DNA of 58,739 nt. Source: Spirochaetota bacterium. Its GTDB lineage: Bacteria > Spirochaetota > Spirochaetia > B11-G9. The first letter of the stretch is position 1. Every line of letters starts with the position of its first letter. Positions 10,867 through 19,921 of the stretch are shown one piece after another. Under the pieces are notes generated by a model, which saw nothing but the letters and a program-made list of their open reading frames with translations, did no database searches and was not told the DNA's origin. The translations under genes were made by a program, and so were the position numbers. The stretch lies in NCBI GenBank assembly GCA_024280415.1, contig JAJRQE010000026.1:1-58739 (forward strand), read 5' to 3'.

Positions 10867-10873
10867 TGCAACA

Positions 10874-10902
10874 AAGATATACCACAGAAGTATTTTTTTC
10901 AA
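10874..10902 (-). promoter_or_regulatory. Sigma70-type promoter of the TPR-exbBD operon (leaderless candidate)
   Basis: TTGAAA-17 bp-TATCTT, 7 nt upstream of ATG 10866. Confidence 0.55.
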
Positions 10903-11210
10903 TCTGCATAATCTGATTTTACGGAAAGATCAGTTTCTCCATCCCTATTTTCTGTCAGGTACCTCTCGTAGTACTTCCGCTCTTTAATCTGTTTTATGGC
11001 TTCCTCTTTACTGTCTACATCAAAGGCATTTAAGGTCTCTTTCCCGACTATTAAATTTTCAAGATCCGGTAGATAAAAATTAGACTCTTTCAGAATTTCA
11101 ATTAGAAATCGCAGATTCCCACACCCGTAATTATACAGCGGATAATGGGAAAGGTGAAGTTTAAGTACCTTTGAGCTAATTTCAAAACTCTCGGGTTTTG
11201 AAACTGGCAA
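10899..11210 (-). CDS. Hypothetical protein (103 aa)
   Basis: Fills the gap between two co-oriented genes; TTG start, no SD, no recognised family. Confidence 0.35.
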   Translation of the reverse strand: MPVSKPESFEISSKVLKLHLSHYPLYNYGCGNLRFLIEILKESNFYLPDLENLIVGKETLNAFDVDSKEEAIKQIKERKYYERYLTENRDGETDLSVKSDYAD

Positions 11211-11233
11211 AGATCTTTATATAAAAAATAAGT

Positions 11234-12559
11234 TCAGCGTCTCAGAACAGGATTGAAATCGATTCCCGAGGGTTCAAACCTGGTTGCAGCCTCAACCTTG
11301 ACAAGATGAATAAAATTATCCTTCCAGTTTGCTTTTAGAAACTCCAGATCAATTTTTTTATTACGGGAATAAATATCTATCTGAAAGTCTCCTTTCATAT
11401 CAATATAGGGGAATATTACAACTACATGAGTATGAACCCTTAAATAAGGAGGATCCTCTGACTTACTGTTTAAGGATCCCAAATAAAAATTCTGTGGATA
11501 TTTTACTGCCAGCTCATAGAGTACAGTTTTAAGATCGGATACAGGATACCCTATATTCTCTCTGTATTCATGGTAGCGTAGATTTTTAACATCTACGGCA
11601 GTTATAGGCGCTTCAGGTTCAGTAAGTTTCAGGATCTCATATGCAAGATTTCTAGTCCAGTCAAGTCCGAAATAGGGATCAAGGCCTTCAAGTCTGGCAC
11701 TCCATTTATTCCCCCGAAGTTCATAGTGCTTTTCTTTAAGATAGGCAATATCGATATTTGTTCCAGTTACAGGTTTGTAGATTCCATCAATAACCCACTT
11801 AGCAAACCCCGAACAATTTAAACCTCCGTCCCCATTCTGCTGTTTCAGGCTGTCAATATATACAAAGCTCCCATCCTTATCTATGGATCCGTCGTCGCTG
11901 TCCTGCAGGAAACCAAGTAACGGTTTAATTGTTTCGGATAAAACTCTTACATCCTGACCATAAAGTTTTCTGTAATCTGAAATATAAAAGTTCCAGTCAA
12001 CATAGCTGGAAGTCAGTTCTGCCAGGCGTTCAAAAGAACTTACAGTGAGCTCTGAGAGGCTAAGGGGAACTCGTATATCACTTTGAATTAATCTTCCGAA
12101 AAGTTCAATATCCAGTATCGAATCATTATTAGCACCTTTTCGGAGTCTCAGAAACGAATTATCATCATTTTTAATAAATATCTTTATCTGCGTAATTCCC
12201 ATATTTTCATCATCTGTATAATCCAGAGATCGCTTGATAATATAACTACCCTTCTCCCCTTTTTCATAGTTCAGATCCTGCCCATGGGAAAAACAGAAAT
12301 AAAGGTTACCCCCCTCTTTTACTGTAAAAAAATTTACTCTGACACCGGTACTCTCAATTACCACAAAATCCGGGAGGAGAGAGAGTGCCTCCTTATTTGT
12401 TCCTGTCATCTGCTTGTAATATCGCTGTCTGACTTCTGTGTTCTCTGGAAACCCTAAACCATCACCAGAAAAATACAGAGCCGATAAATTCCCGGCTGGT
12501 ATAAAGGTTAAAACTAAAAAAAATGAAATATTTATGAAAAGTTTTTTTGATTCCCGCAT
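11234..12559 (-). CDS. Exported hypothetical protein with LNCSGF motif (possible permuted papain-like/NlpC-P60-like fold)
   Basis: Signal peptide; GLNCSGFAKWVIDG and a later HTHVVV motif. Confidence 0.7.
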   Translation of the reverse strand: MRESKKLFINISFFLVLTFIPAGNLSALYFSGDGLGFPENTEVRQRYYKQMTGTNKEALSLLPDFVVIESTGVRVNFFTVKEGGNLYFCFSHGQDLNYEKGEKGSYIIKRSLDYTDDENMGITQIKIFIKNDDNSFLRLRKGANNDSILDIELFGRLIQSDIRVPLSLSELTVSSFERLAELTSSYVDWNFYISDYRKLYGQDVRVLSETIKPLLGFLQDSDDGSIDKDGSFVYIDSLKQQNGDGGLNCSGFAKWVIDGIYKPVTGTNIDIAYLKEKHYELRGNKWSARLEGLDPYFGLDWTRNLAYEILKLTEPEAPITAVDVKNLRYHEYRENIGYPVSDLKTVLYELAVKYPQNFYLGSLNSKSEDPPYLRVHTHVVVIFPYIDMKGDFQIDIYSRNKKIDLEFLKANWKDNFIHLVKVEAATRFEPSGIDFNPVLRR

Positions 12560-12583
12560 ACTGCTGAATATCGTCAGATTTAC

Positions 12584-12727
12584 CTAATTTATCAAAGAAT
12601 TCTGTAATTTCTCGTTTATTTTGATAAGACTGGTTCTGATCTCCTGTATTTTTGTCCGTATATTCTGAATATCTGAATCCATATCCAGCCATAGCTGTTC
12701 TTTCATCCGGGAAATATTCATCCCCAT
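12584..12727 (-). CDS. Small putative coiled-coil protein (47 aa), below the ORF-track cutoff
   Basis: ATG overlaps the der stop (TAATG); MGMNISRMKEQLWLDMDSDIQNIRTKIQEIRTSLIKINEKLQNSLIN. Confidence 0.45.
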   Translation of the reverse strand: MGMNISRMKEQLWLDMDSDIQNIRTKIQEIRTSLIKINEKLQNSLIN

Positions 12728-14070
12728 TATTTTTCTTTGATTTCTACCTGAAGAGGTATTGAAGGAAAGCCCAGATCCTTCCTGATGTTATTAGTGATAT
12801 ACTGCAGATAGGAATCCGGAAATCCGTTTTTACGATTGATAAAGAATAAAAAATGAACCGGGTTGGTTCTAACCTGTGTTCCATATAGAAGTTTATATCG
12901 ACCTGTATTATGCCTTGGAGCTTCCTGATTCTCCGTCCACCTTTTAAGAGCTTCATTAACTCGTGCAGTATCAATCCGCTTATTAAGCTGCTTCCAGACA
13001 TTTTGAGCCTGGGTTAAAAGCTGATCAACCCCCTCGCCTGTTAAAGCAGAAATAGGAACAATTGGAGCAAAGGCAAGTACCGGAAATAAAAACCTAATCC
13101 GGTCTTTTACCGCTTCCATCTGATTGGGAATATCTTTAAGTCTGTCCCATTTATTTAATACAAGAATTACGCCTCTTCCTTTTTTTACAATCTGAGCTGC
13201 AATCTTCTTGTCCTGATCTGCAAGACCTTCAACAGCATCAATCATAAGAAAAACTAAATCTGAATCTTCAATACTCTGGAAAGCCCTGTTAACAGAATAG
13301 TATTCAACATTTTCACCAACTTTTTTCTTTCGCCGAATACCTGCTGTATCCAGAACCCTGAAAATTTTTCTTCCGGATTCAAATTTTCCTTCTACAATAT
13401 CCCTGGTGGTTCCCGGAATATTCGAAACGATAGAGGCTTCCTTACCCAGTAATCGGTTTGTTAAAGTAGATTTTCCGGTATTGGGTTTACCCATTATTGT
13501 AACTGCAATCTGATGTTCCCCTGTCTCAAAGGCTTCCCTTTTAATTTCAAAATCTAACATCTCTTCAAGTTTTTCATCCAGCTCTGTAAGCCCCAGACCA
13601 TGTTCTGCAGACATAGCCACTATATTATCAAAACCAAGAGAGTAAAAGTTCCAGACATCGGGTTCTCGTCCCTGATTATCAACCTTATTTACAACGACCA
13701 ATACCTTTTTGGAATATCTTCTTAATATCTTAACAAGCACCTCATCTTCGGGTGTTATTTCCATGACATCCATTATAAACAGTACAAGATCGGCACTCTC
13801 CATAATTTCCAGACTGCGCTTACCGACAAGTGCATCCAGTCCTTCCTGCTCAGCCTTATATCCACCAGTATCAATCAGGCGGATCGTTCTGTTGTCAAAT
13901 TCATACAGTGCCTCTACAGGATCCCTGGTTACCCCGGGAGTAGGGTCTGTTATAGCCTGTCGTCTCCCAACCATGCGGTTAAAAAGTGTTGACTTGCCTA
14001 CATTAGGTCGTCCGATAACAGCTACTACCGGCAGCCCATTATCATACTGAGATATTTTCGAATCGTTCAT
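12727..14070 (-). CDS. der: Ribosome biogenesis GTPase Der (EngA)
   Basis: Two G-domains (GRPNVGKS / DTGG / NKVD and GKPNTGKS / DTAG / NKWD). Confidence 0.97.
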   Translation of the reverse strand: MNDSKISQYDNGLPVVAVIGRPNVGKSTLFNRMVGRRQAITDPTPGVTRDPVEALYEFDNRTIRLIDTGGYKAEQEGLDALVGKRSLEIMESADLVLFIMDVMEITPEDEVLVKILRRYSKKVLVVVNKVDNQGREPDVWNFYSLGFDNIVAMSAEHGLGLTELDEKLEEMLDFEIKREAFETGEHQIAVTIMGKPNTGKSTLTNRLLGKEASIVSNIPGTTRDIVEGKFESGRKIFRVLDTAGIRRKKKVGENVEYYSVNRAFQSIEDSDLVFLMIDAVEGLADQDKKIAAQIVKKGRGVILVLNKWDRLKDIPNQMEAVKDRIRFLFPVLAFAPIVPISALTGEGVDQLLTQAQNVWKQLNKRIDTARVNEALKRWTENQEAPRHNTGRYKLLYGTQVRTNPVHFLFFINRKNGFPDSYLQYITNNIRKDLGFPSIPLQVEIKEK

Positions 14071-15787
14071 TCATCCACGCTCTTACATACTTATCGATTT
14101 CCCCGGAAGAACTCATTTCCATGACTCTTCGAGCCAGTTCTTCCGCTTCATTCAGGTTTACAGATCGGATAATCTCTTTTACAGAGGTAAGGTCAATAGA
14201 ACTCATACTGAAAGTATCCAGACCAAGACCCAGAAGTACAACAGTAGCAAGAGTATCCCCTGCCATCTCTCCACACATAGCGACGGGAATACCGGCTTTG
14301 TGGGCATTTTCAATTATCATTTTAATCAGGCGTAAAACACCTGGATGAAAGGATTTATACAGGTATGCTATATTTTCATTTCCTCTGTCAACCGCTACAG
14401 TATACTGTACGAGATCATTTGTACCAATTGAGAAAAAATCGACCTTTTCTGCCAGAATATCTGATATTATTGCAGCAGAAGGAACCTCTATCATCATTCC
14501 AATAGGTATTTTTTCATCAAAGGGAATCCCTTCACTTCTTAATTCTGATTTCGTCTCTTCAAGAAAGGCCAGGGCATCCTCAAGTTCTTCCAGACAGGAA
14601 ATCATTGGAAACATTATTCGGAGTTCACCATGAACAGAGGCTCGAAGAAGTGCCCTCATCTGTATTTTGAAGATATCTTTATGGTGAAGGCAGAATCGGA
14701 TCGCTCGCCATCCAAGGAGTGGATTTTTCTCCTGGAAGGTATCGAAATCAGGTATTATCTTATCGCCTCCCACATCGAGAGTTCGTATGGTAACACCTCC
14801 ATGATCCTTCATTCCCAAAACAACCGACGAATAAGCTTCATACTGATCATCTTCACTGGAAAAGCCGCTGGGGCGCAGAAAGAGAAACTCTGAACGGAAC
14901 AAACCTATACCATCTGCCTCATGCTGCAGTACCAACTCAAGCTCGTCGGGCATCTCAATATTAGAGCTCAAGGCAACCCGTTTACCATCCAGGGTCTCTG
15001 CGGGAAGTCTGTTAAGTTTATTCAACTGAACAGAATGCTGCTGCCATCTTTTGGATTTATTCTGATATTCAGTCAGAACTTCACTATCCGGTTTAAGTAT
15101 GACAGTTCCGGAATTGCCGTCCACAATAATTGTATCACCACTGGAAGCCTCATCAGTAATATTTGTAAGACCCAGAACTGCAGGTATTTCAAAAGAGCGA
15201 GCAAGTATAGCCGTATGGGAAGTTCGTCCGCCTGCATTCATTACAATTGCTTTAACCATTTTTCGGTTCATATTAACAGTATCAGAAGGCATAAGGTTAT
15301 GGGTAGCTATTACAACTTCCTCGGAGATATCCGCCAAAGAAATCTTTTCGTGAAACATGAGATGCCGGTGGATACGCCGGGTAACATCGTATAGATCCAC
15401 AGATCGTTCAACCAGATATGGACTACCGGCTTTTCTTAGAGTACGAATAAACTGCCTTACAGTAAACAGAAGAACCCACTCTATATTCTTTTTGAAAAAA
15501 CTTAAATTTTCTTCTATCTGCCTTATAAATTCAGGATCAGTCAGCATCATAATGTGGGAATCAAGGAATCTGCTCTCTTCAGTAATCTCCTCTTTTGATG
15601 CCTGAGCCTGTATCTTCTTCAGATCATCACCAACTTTTCCTGCAGCGATATGAAACCTCTCAAGCTCAGATACCAGTTTATCCTCGTCGATAGTATACTT
15701 CGGCACCTTGAGATTATCATCCAGATATAAAAAGACCTTCCCTATTGTTATACCTGGTGAAGCTGAAACACCTTTAAAAATCTTCAT
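14042..15787 (-). CDS. ptsI: PTS enzyme I (phosphoenolpyruvate-protein phosphotransferase)
   Basis: GGRTSHTAILAR phospho-His motif, GIGLFRSEF, IGTNDLVQY, MCGEMAGD. Confidence 0.96.
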   Translation of the reverse strand: MKIFKGVSASPGITIGKVFLYLDDNLKVPKYTIDEDKLVSELERFHIAAGKVGDDLKKIQAQASKEEITEESRFLDSHIMMLTDPEFIRQIEENLSFFKKNIEWVLLFTVRQFIRTLRKAGSPYLVERSVDLYDVTRRIHRHLMFHEKISLADISEEVVIATHNLMPSDTVNMNRKMVKAIVMNAGGRTSHTAILARSFEIPAVLGLTNITDEASSGDTIIVDGNSGTVILKPDSEVLTEYQNKSKRWQQHSVQLNKLNRLPAETLDGKRVALSSNIEMPDELELVLQHEADGIGLFRSEFLFLRPSGFSSEDDQYEAYSSVVLGMKDHGGVTIRTLDVGGDKIIPDFDTFQEKNPLLGWRAIRFCLHHKDIFKIQMRALLRASVHGELRIMFPMISCLEELEDALAFLEETKSELRSEGIPFDEKIPIGMMIEVPSAAIISDILAEKVDFFSIGTNDLVQYTVAVDRGNENIAYLYKSFHPGVLRLIKMIIENAHKAGIPVAMCGEMAGDTLATVVLLGLGLDTFSMSSIDLTSVKEIIRSVNLNEAEELARRVMEMSSSGEIDKYVRAWMNERFENISV

Positions 15788-15794
15788 ATAATGA

Positions 15795-15823
15795 ACTATA
15801 CGAACTTTTAAATCTCATGTCAA
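15795..15823 (-). promoter_or_regulatory. Sigma70 promoter of ptsI (leaderless candidate)
   Basis: TTGACA-17 bp-TATAGT, 7 nt before ATG 15787, no SD. Confidence 0.65.
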
Positions 15824-15874
15824 ACTATTAACTTCAGCAAACCCGGTTAAACGAATAATAACTGAAACTATCTA

Positions 15875-15903
15875 TTGATAATCATTTAAATTGCCGATAT
15901 TTT
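15875..15903 (+). promoter_or_regulatory. Sigma70 promoter of the GerMN gene (leaderless candidate)
   Basis: TTGATA-17 bp-TATTTT, 7 nt before ATG 15911. Confidence 0.5.
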
Positions 15904-15910
15904 GTAGAAG

Positions 15911-16657
15911 ATGAAAAAGAAAAAATCGTCAATAGGCTGTTTATTCTGGATTGCTCTAATCCTGCTTATAATTGTTATCTTTCTATTCAGCAGAACACGA
16001 ATAGAGAAGGTGATGGATAATACAGGATTCCTTGATTTTCTTTCCTCGGAAAGAAACCGTGACAAACCTGAGGTTGACAGAATTATAGTCGAACAAAACG
16101 ACAGTGAAGAACAGATAAATACTATTCAGACTCCGGAGAATACAGTCCCTGAACCGGTGCAGGAAGTTACTATCAATGTTCAGGAAACTAAAAGTTCTGT
16201 GGAAAAAATGGATCAGCCTGTAGTCGAAAAGAATATAAGAACATCAATATTATACTTTGTAAATGTTAATAATGAGGAAAATATTTCCCTTCAGGGAATT
16301 TCCAGGCCCGTTTACTACGATGACAGCCCTCTAACAGCAACTCTTACTGCCCTGCTGGCAGGATTAACCTCCAGTGAACTAAACAAGGGGCTTCTCTCCC
16401 TGATACCTCAGGGTACAGAAATTAAGGGAATCACAATTTCCAACGGTACTGCTACAATTGATTTCAATGAATCTTTAAGTTTTAACAGCTTTGGGAAAGA
16501 AGGGCTGGAATCTGAGCTCAAGCAGATTATTTTTACTGCTACTGAATTTCCAACAGTTGATAAAGTTCAGATCCTAATCAATGGACAGAAAAAACAATTC
16601 CTTTCCACAGAAGGAGTTTTTATCGGAGACCCCCTGACAAGATCATCCGTACAGTAG
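15911..16657 (+). CDS. GerMN domain-containing membrane-anchored protein
   Basis: N-terminal TM; LLAG...SLIPQGT...ATIDFN...QIIFTATEFPTVDKVQILING. Confidence 0.88.
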   Translation: MKKKKSSIGCLFWIALILLIIVIFLFSRTRIEKVMDNTGFLDFLSSERNRDKPEVDRIIVEQNDSEEQINTIQTPENTVPEPVQEVTINVQETKSSVEKMDQPVVEKNIRTSILYFVNVNNEENISLQGISRPVYYDDSPLTATLTALLAGLTSSELNKGLLSLIPQGTEIKGITISNGTATIDFNESLSFNSFGKEGLESELKQIIFTATEFPTVDKVQILINGQKKQFLSTEGVFIGDPLTRSSVQ

Positions 16658-16662
16658 AGAGT

Positions 16663-16694
16663 CAGTAGCGGCAAGGCATGCCTTGCCGCTACTG
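16663..16694. repeat. Perfect 32-bp palindrome, REP-like (GTAG...CTAC core), between convergent genes
   Basis: cagtagcggcaaggca|tgccttgccgctactg. Confidence 0.8.
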
Positions 16695-17489
16695 CTGCAA
16701 CCCATCAATCAGAACATATAATTCCATTCCAATTTCCTCCATCCAGTGAGAATCTGTAGAATTAGTGTAATTTTCCCGTATTAGAAATAGAAACTCTGTA
16801 TTACCTTTTCTTCCTTTAACAGGTGAGAGCATAATTTTCTCCACAAACAGATTATCATTGGCAATTTTCGCCAGAAGATTACCAATTACATTAGCAAGTA
16901 TTTTTGAGTCTTTTATTATTCCGTTAAAATCAGGATATTCACATGTATCTATTTCAAACTGCGGTTTTACAAGAGCTATCATCCATTTTTCTTTTGTCAG
17001 ATCAATTATTCGGGCAGCTGCTCCACTGATGGAACGGAAAGAGAGATCTGCAACAGCCGCATCAGGGAAGGGGTAAGGTTTTTCGAAATTCATAATATTA
17101 CATTTTTCATGAACACTAACCCGTGAATTATTTCTTAAGGACCATGCCAGTTGATTATAACCCACATCCACAGAGTAGATCTTAGTTGCTCCTTTCTGCA
17201 AAAGACAATCTGTGAATCCACCTGTTGAACTCCCGGCATCCAGAAATATTTTGCCTTCCACATTAATATTCCACTGCACCAGAGAAGCTTCAAGTTTCAA
17301 ACCGCCTCGGGAAACAAACTTTTTTTCAATAATTTCAAGGGAGGATCCTGAACTAATTCTGAAGGATGGATTTGTAATTTTTTCATTGTTAACAATTACC
17401 TCTCCGCAGAGTACTCTGGAAAACAGCTCCTCCCTGGAATATTCAGGAAAACGTAGTTCAAGCTCTTTCAACAACAGCTTATTCTTCAT
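16689..17489 (-). CDS. tlyA: TlyA family RNA methyltransferase
   Basis: FVSRGGLKL, LDAGSSTGGFTDCLLQ, DVGYNQL, LVKPQFE. Confidence 0.93.
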   Translation of the reverse strand: MKNKLLLKELELRFPEYSREELFSRVLCGEVIVNNEKITNPSFRISSGSSLEIIEKKFVSRGGLKLEASLVQWNINVEGKIFLDAGSSTGGFTDCLLQKGATKIYSVDVGYNQLAWSLRNNSRVSVHEKCNIMNFEKPYPFPDAAVADLSFRSISGAAARIIDLTKEKWMIALVKPQFEIDTCEYPDFNGIIKDSKILANVIGNLLAKIANDNLFVEKIMLSPVKGRKGNTEFLFLIRENYTNSTDSHWMEEIGMELYVLIDGLQQ

Positions 17490-17492
17490 AAT

Positions 17493-18290
17493 TCAGATAT
17501 TTGATTGCTCTTTAATTCTTTTTATTAATAAACATTTTCCAGATTTTGAATCCAGTTCCAGAAATACACCTGATATTACCGCAGGATTATCTGCTACTTC
17601 ATGCTTAAGAGGCATTTGTGTCAGAGATCTTCGTACTGATATATTATAATCACTTCCAATAACACTATTCATCGGTCCTGTCATTCCTAGATCAGAAAGA
17701 TATGCCGTTCCTCCTGGAAGGATCCTTTCGTCCGCCGACTGTACATGTGTATGGGTTCCAAGAACAGCACTTACCTTCCCGTCAAGATAGATCCCCAGGG
17801 CTTCTTTTTCCTCAACAGACTCAGCATGAAAGTCAACAATAACTATTTTTGCCTTGTTTTTTAGTTTTTTAGAATTTTCAAGACCTACTTTAAAAGGACA
17901 ATCAAGATTTCCAAAATTCTTTCGCCCCTGTAGGTTTAGAACAGCTACTTTTTCCCCCTTTACATCCAAAACAACTGAACCCTTTCCCGGTGCAGAAGGC
18001 GGATAATTTGCCGGACGGAGGATTGCTTCCCCGGAATCAAGTAGCTGGTATATCTCCCTTTTCTGCCATATATGATTTCCGGAACTAATAACATCTGCAC
18101 CGCTTGCAAAAATTTGCAGTGCTATTTCAGGGGTTATACCAAATCCATCTGATGCATTTTCGCCATTGATTACAACAAAGTCAGCTTTATATTCTTTGAT
18201 AATTGATTTAAGACCTATAAAAACAGCCCTGCATCCTGGCTGACCAACAATGTCACCCAGGACCAGAACTTTTATAATATTTTCAGACAC
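17493..18290 (-). CDS. ymdB: YmdB/TIGR00282 family metallophosphoesterase
   Basis: GDIVG, NGEN, SGNH, DFHAE, GTHTH; GTG start at 18290 likely. Confidence 0.93.
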   Translation of the reverse strand: MSENIIKVLVLGDIVGQPGCRAVFIGLKSIIKEYKADFVVINGENASDGFGITPEIALQIFASGADVISSGNHIWQKREIYQLLDSGEAILRPANYPPSAPGKGSVVLDVKGEKVAVLNLQGRKNFGNLDCPFKVGLENSKKLKNKAKIVIVDFHAESVEEKEALGIYLDGKVSAVLGTHTHVQSADERILPGGTAYLSDLGMTGPMNSVIGSDYNISVRRSLTQMPLKHEVADNPAVISGVFLELDSKSGKCLLIKRIKEQSNI

Positions 18291-18303
18291 TGCGCGGCCT
18301 TCA

Positions 18304-19833
18304 TTAACGGGCATATTCCACAACCCGGGTTTCCCTGATTATAGTTACTTTAATTCTTCCAGGATAGCGCATTTCAAGTTCAATTTTCTTTGCAATATCC
18401 TTGGCAAGCTCTCTTGACCGGACATCATCAACAGTATCCGTATTAACCATAATTCTGAGCTCTCTGCCTGCCTGAATCGCATAAGCCTTATCTACACCTT
18501 CAAATTCTGTGGATATTCTTTCCAGATTTTCAAGCCTCTTAATGTAGTTATTCAGCGTCTCACGTCTGGCGCCGGGTCGTGATGCAGATATTGCATCGGC
18601 AATCTGGGTAATTACAGATTCCACACAACTTGGCTCTACATCATTATGGTGAGAGATAATTGCATTTATAACCCGTGGGTCTTCATTATGCTTCCGAGCC
18701 ATTTCGGCACCAAGTTCTGCATGATTTCCATCACCCTCAGTCTCAATTCCTTTTCCTATATCATGGAGAAGTCCACCACGTTTTGCAATCTCCCTGTTTG
18801 CACCGGTTTCAGCAGCTATCATACCACAGACAATAGCAACCTCTTTGGAATGTAGAAGTACGTTCTGTCCATAGCTGGTTCTAAAATGAAGACGACCCAG
18901 AGCCCGTACTATTTCTTTACTGATATTATGGATTCCAAGATCAAAGACAACTTTTTCTCCTTCTTCGAGAATTATCTGGCTGATCTCTTTTGTTACTTTC
19001 TGAACAACCTCTTCAATCCTGGCAGGATGAATTCTGCCATCCTGGATCAGTCTCTCCAGAGAAACTTTAGCAATTTCTTTTCTTACAGGGTCAAATGACG
19101 ATATAACAACAGCTTCCGGAGTATCATCAATAATAATATCTACTCCTGTTAAAGTCTCCAATGTCCGGATATTACGACCCTCACGGCCAATAATACGACC
19201 TTTCATCTCATCATTCGGCAGACTAACAGAACTTATGGAAACATCAGATGTTACATCCGATGCCAGTCTCTGAATAGTGGTAATGACGATATCTCTTGCC
19301 TTTTTCTCGGCATCACTTAAAGCATCCTGCTCAATCTTATTGATCATAATCTGAGCATCATGCTTTGCCTCATTTTCCATTGACTGGATAATAAGGTCTT
19401 TAGCTTCTTCAGTTGAGAATCCTGCTACTTTCTCAAGCTCCCTCTTCCACCTGTCCTCTTCCTCAAGAAGAGAACTCTCTCTATCTTTAACTCTACTCTC
19501 ACGGTCTGAAAGCACTTTTCTCTGGGTATCCAGATCAATCTGCTTCTTCTCTAGATTTTCTTCTTTCTGCAGAAGTCTTCGCTCCATACGCTGAGACTCA
19601 ATACGTCTTTCCCTGTACTCACGTTCCTGCTGATTCCGCTCTTTTTGGAGCTGGTCCCTTCCCTCTGAAAGTAACTCTTTTCTTTTTGCATCTGCTTCTT
19701 TTATTGCTTCATGATTTAAACGTTCAGCCCTTTGTTCTACAGAGGAAAGCTGAAATTTCGCATAAAGCCATCTAATTATCCAACCTAGAAATACACCGGC
19801 GAGAGGAAGAATTATAAGTAAAATTCTAATCAT
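18304..19833 (-). CDS. rny: Ribonuclease Y
   Basis: TM plus coiled coil, KH domain (KGRIIGREGRN) and HD domain (LLHDIGK). Confidence 0.97.
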   Translation of the reverse strand: MIRILLIILPLAGVFLGWIIRWLYAKFQLSSVEQRAERLNHEAIKEADAKRKELLSEGRDQLQKERNQQEREYRERRIESQRMERRLLQKEENLEKKQIDLDTQRKVLSDRESRVKDRESSLLEEEDRWKRELEKVAGFSTEEAKDLIIQSMENEAKHDAQIMINKIEQDALSDAEKKARDIVITTIQRLASDVTSDVSISSVSLPNDEMKGRIIGREGRNIRTLETLTGVDIIIDDTPEAVVISSFDPVRKEIAKVSLERLIQDGRIHPARIEEVVQKVTKEISQIILEEGEKVVFDLGIHNISKEIVRALGRLHFRTSYGQNVLLHSKEVAIVCGMIAAETGANREIAKRGGLLHDIGKGIETEGDGNHAELGAEMARKHNEDPRVINAIISHHNDVEPSCVESVITQIADAISASRPGARRETLNNYIKRLENLERISTEFEGVDKAYAIQAGRELRIMVNTDTVDDVRSRELAKDIAKKIELEMRYPGRIKVTIIRETRVVEYAR

Positions 19834-19861
19834 TTACTTCCTCCAAAGTCAGTTGAAACAA

Positions 19862-19891
19862 ATAATAGACTTAAATCCTTTTGAGTGTCAA
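19862..19891 (-). promoter_or_regulatory. Putative sigma70 promoter of rny
   Basis: TTGACA-18 bp-TATTAT upstream of SD GGAGG. Confidence 0.5.
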
Positions 19892-19921
19892 GGTAAACTA
19901 ATTTTGTAGCTATTGGGTATT

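Noticed and set aside
12462-12692. 76-aa ORF from the track between der and the next gene
   Set aside because: Overlaps the downstream gene by ~100 bp; the 47-aa TAATG-coupled frame fits the gap better
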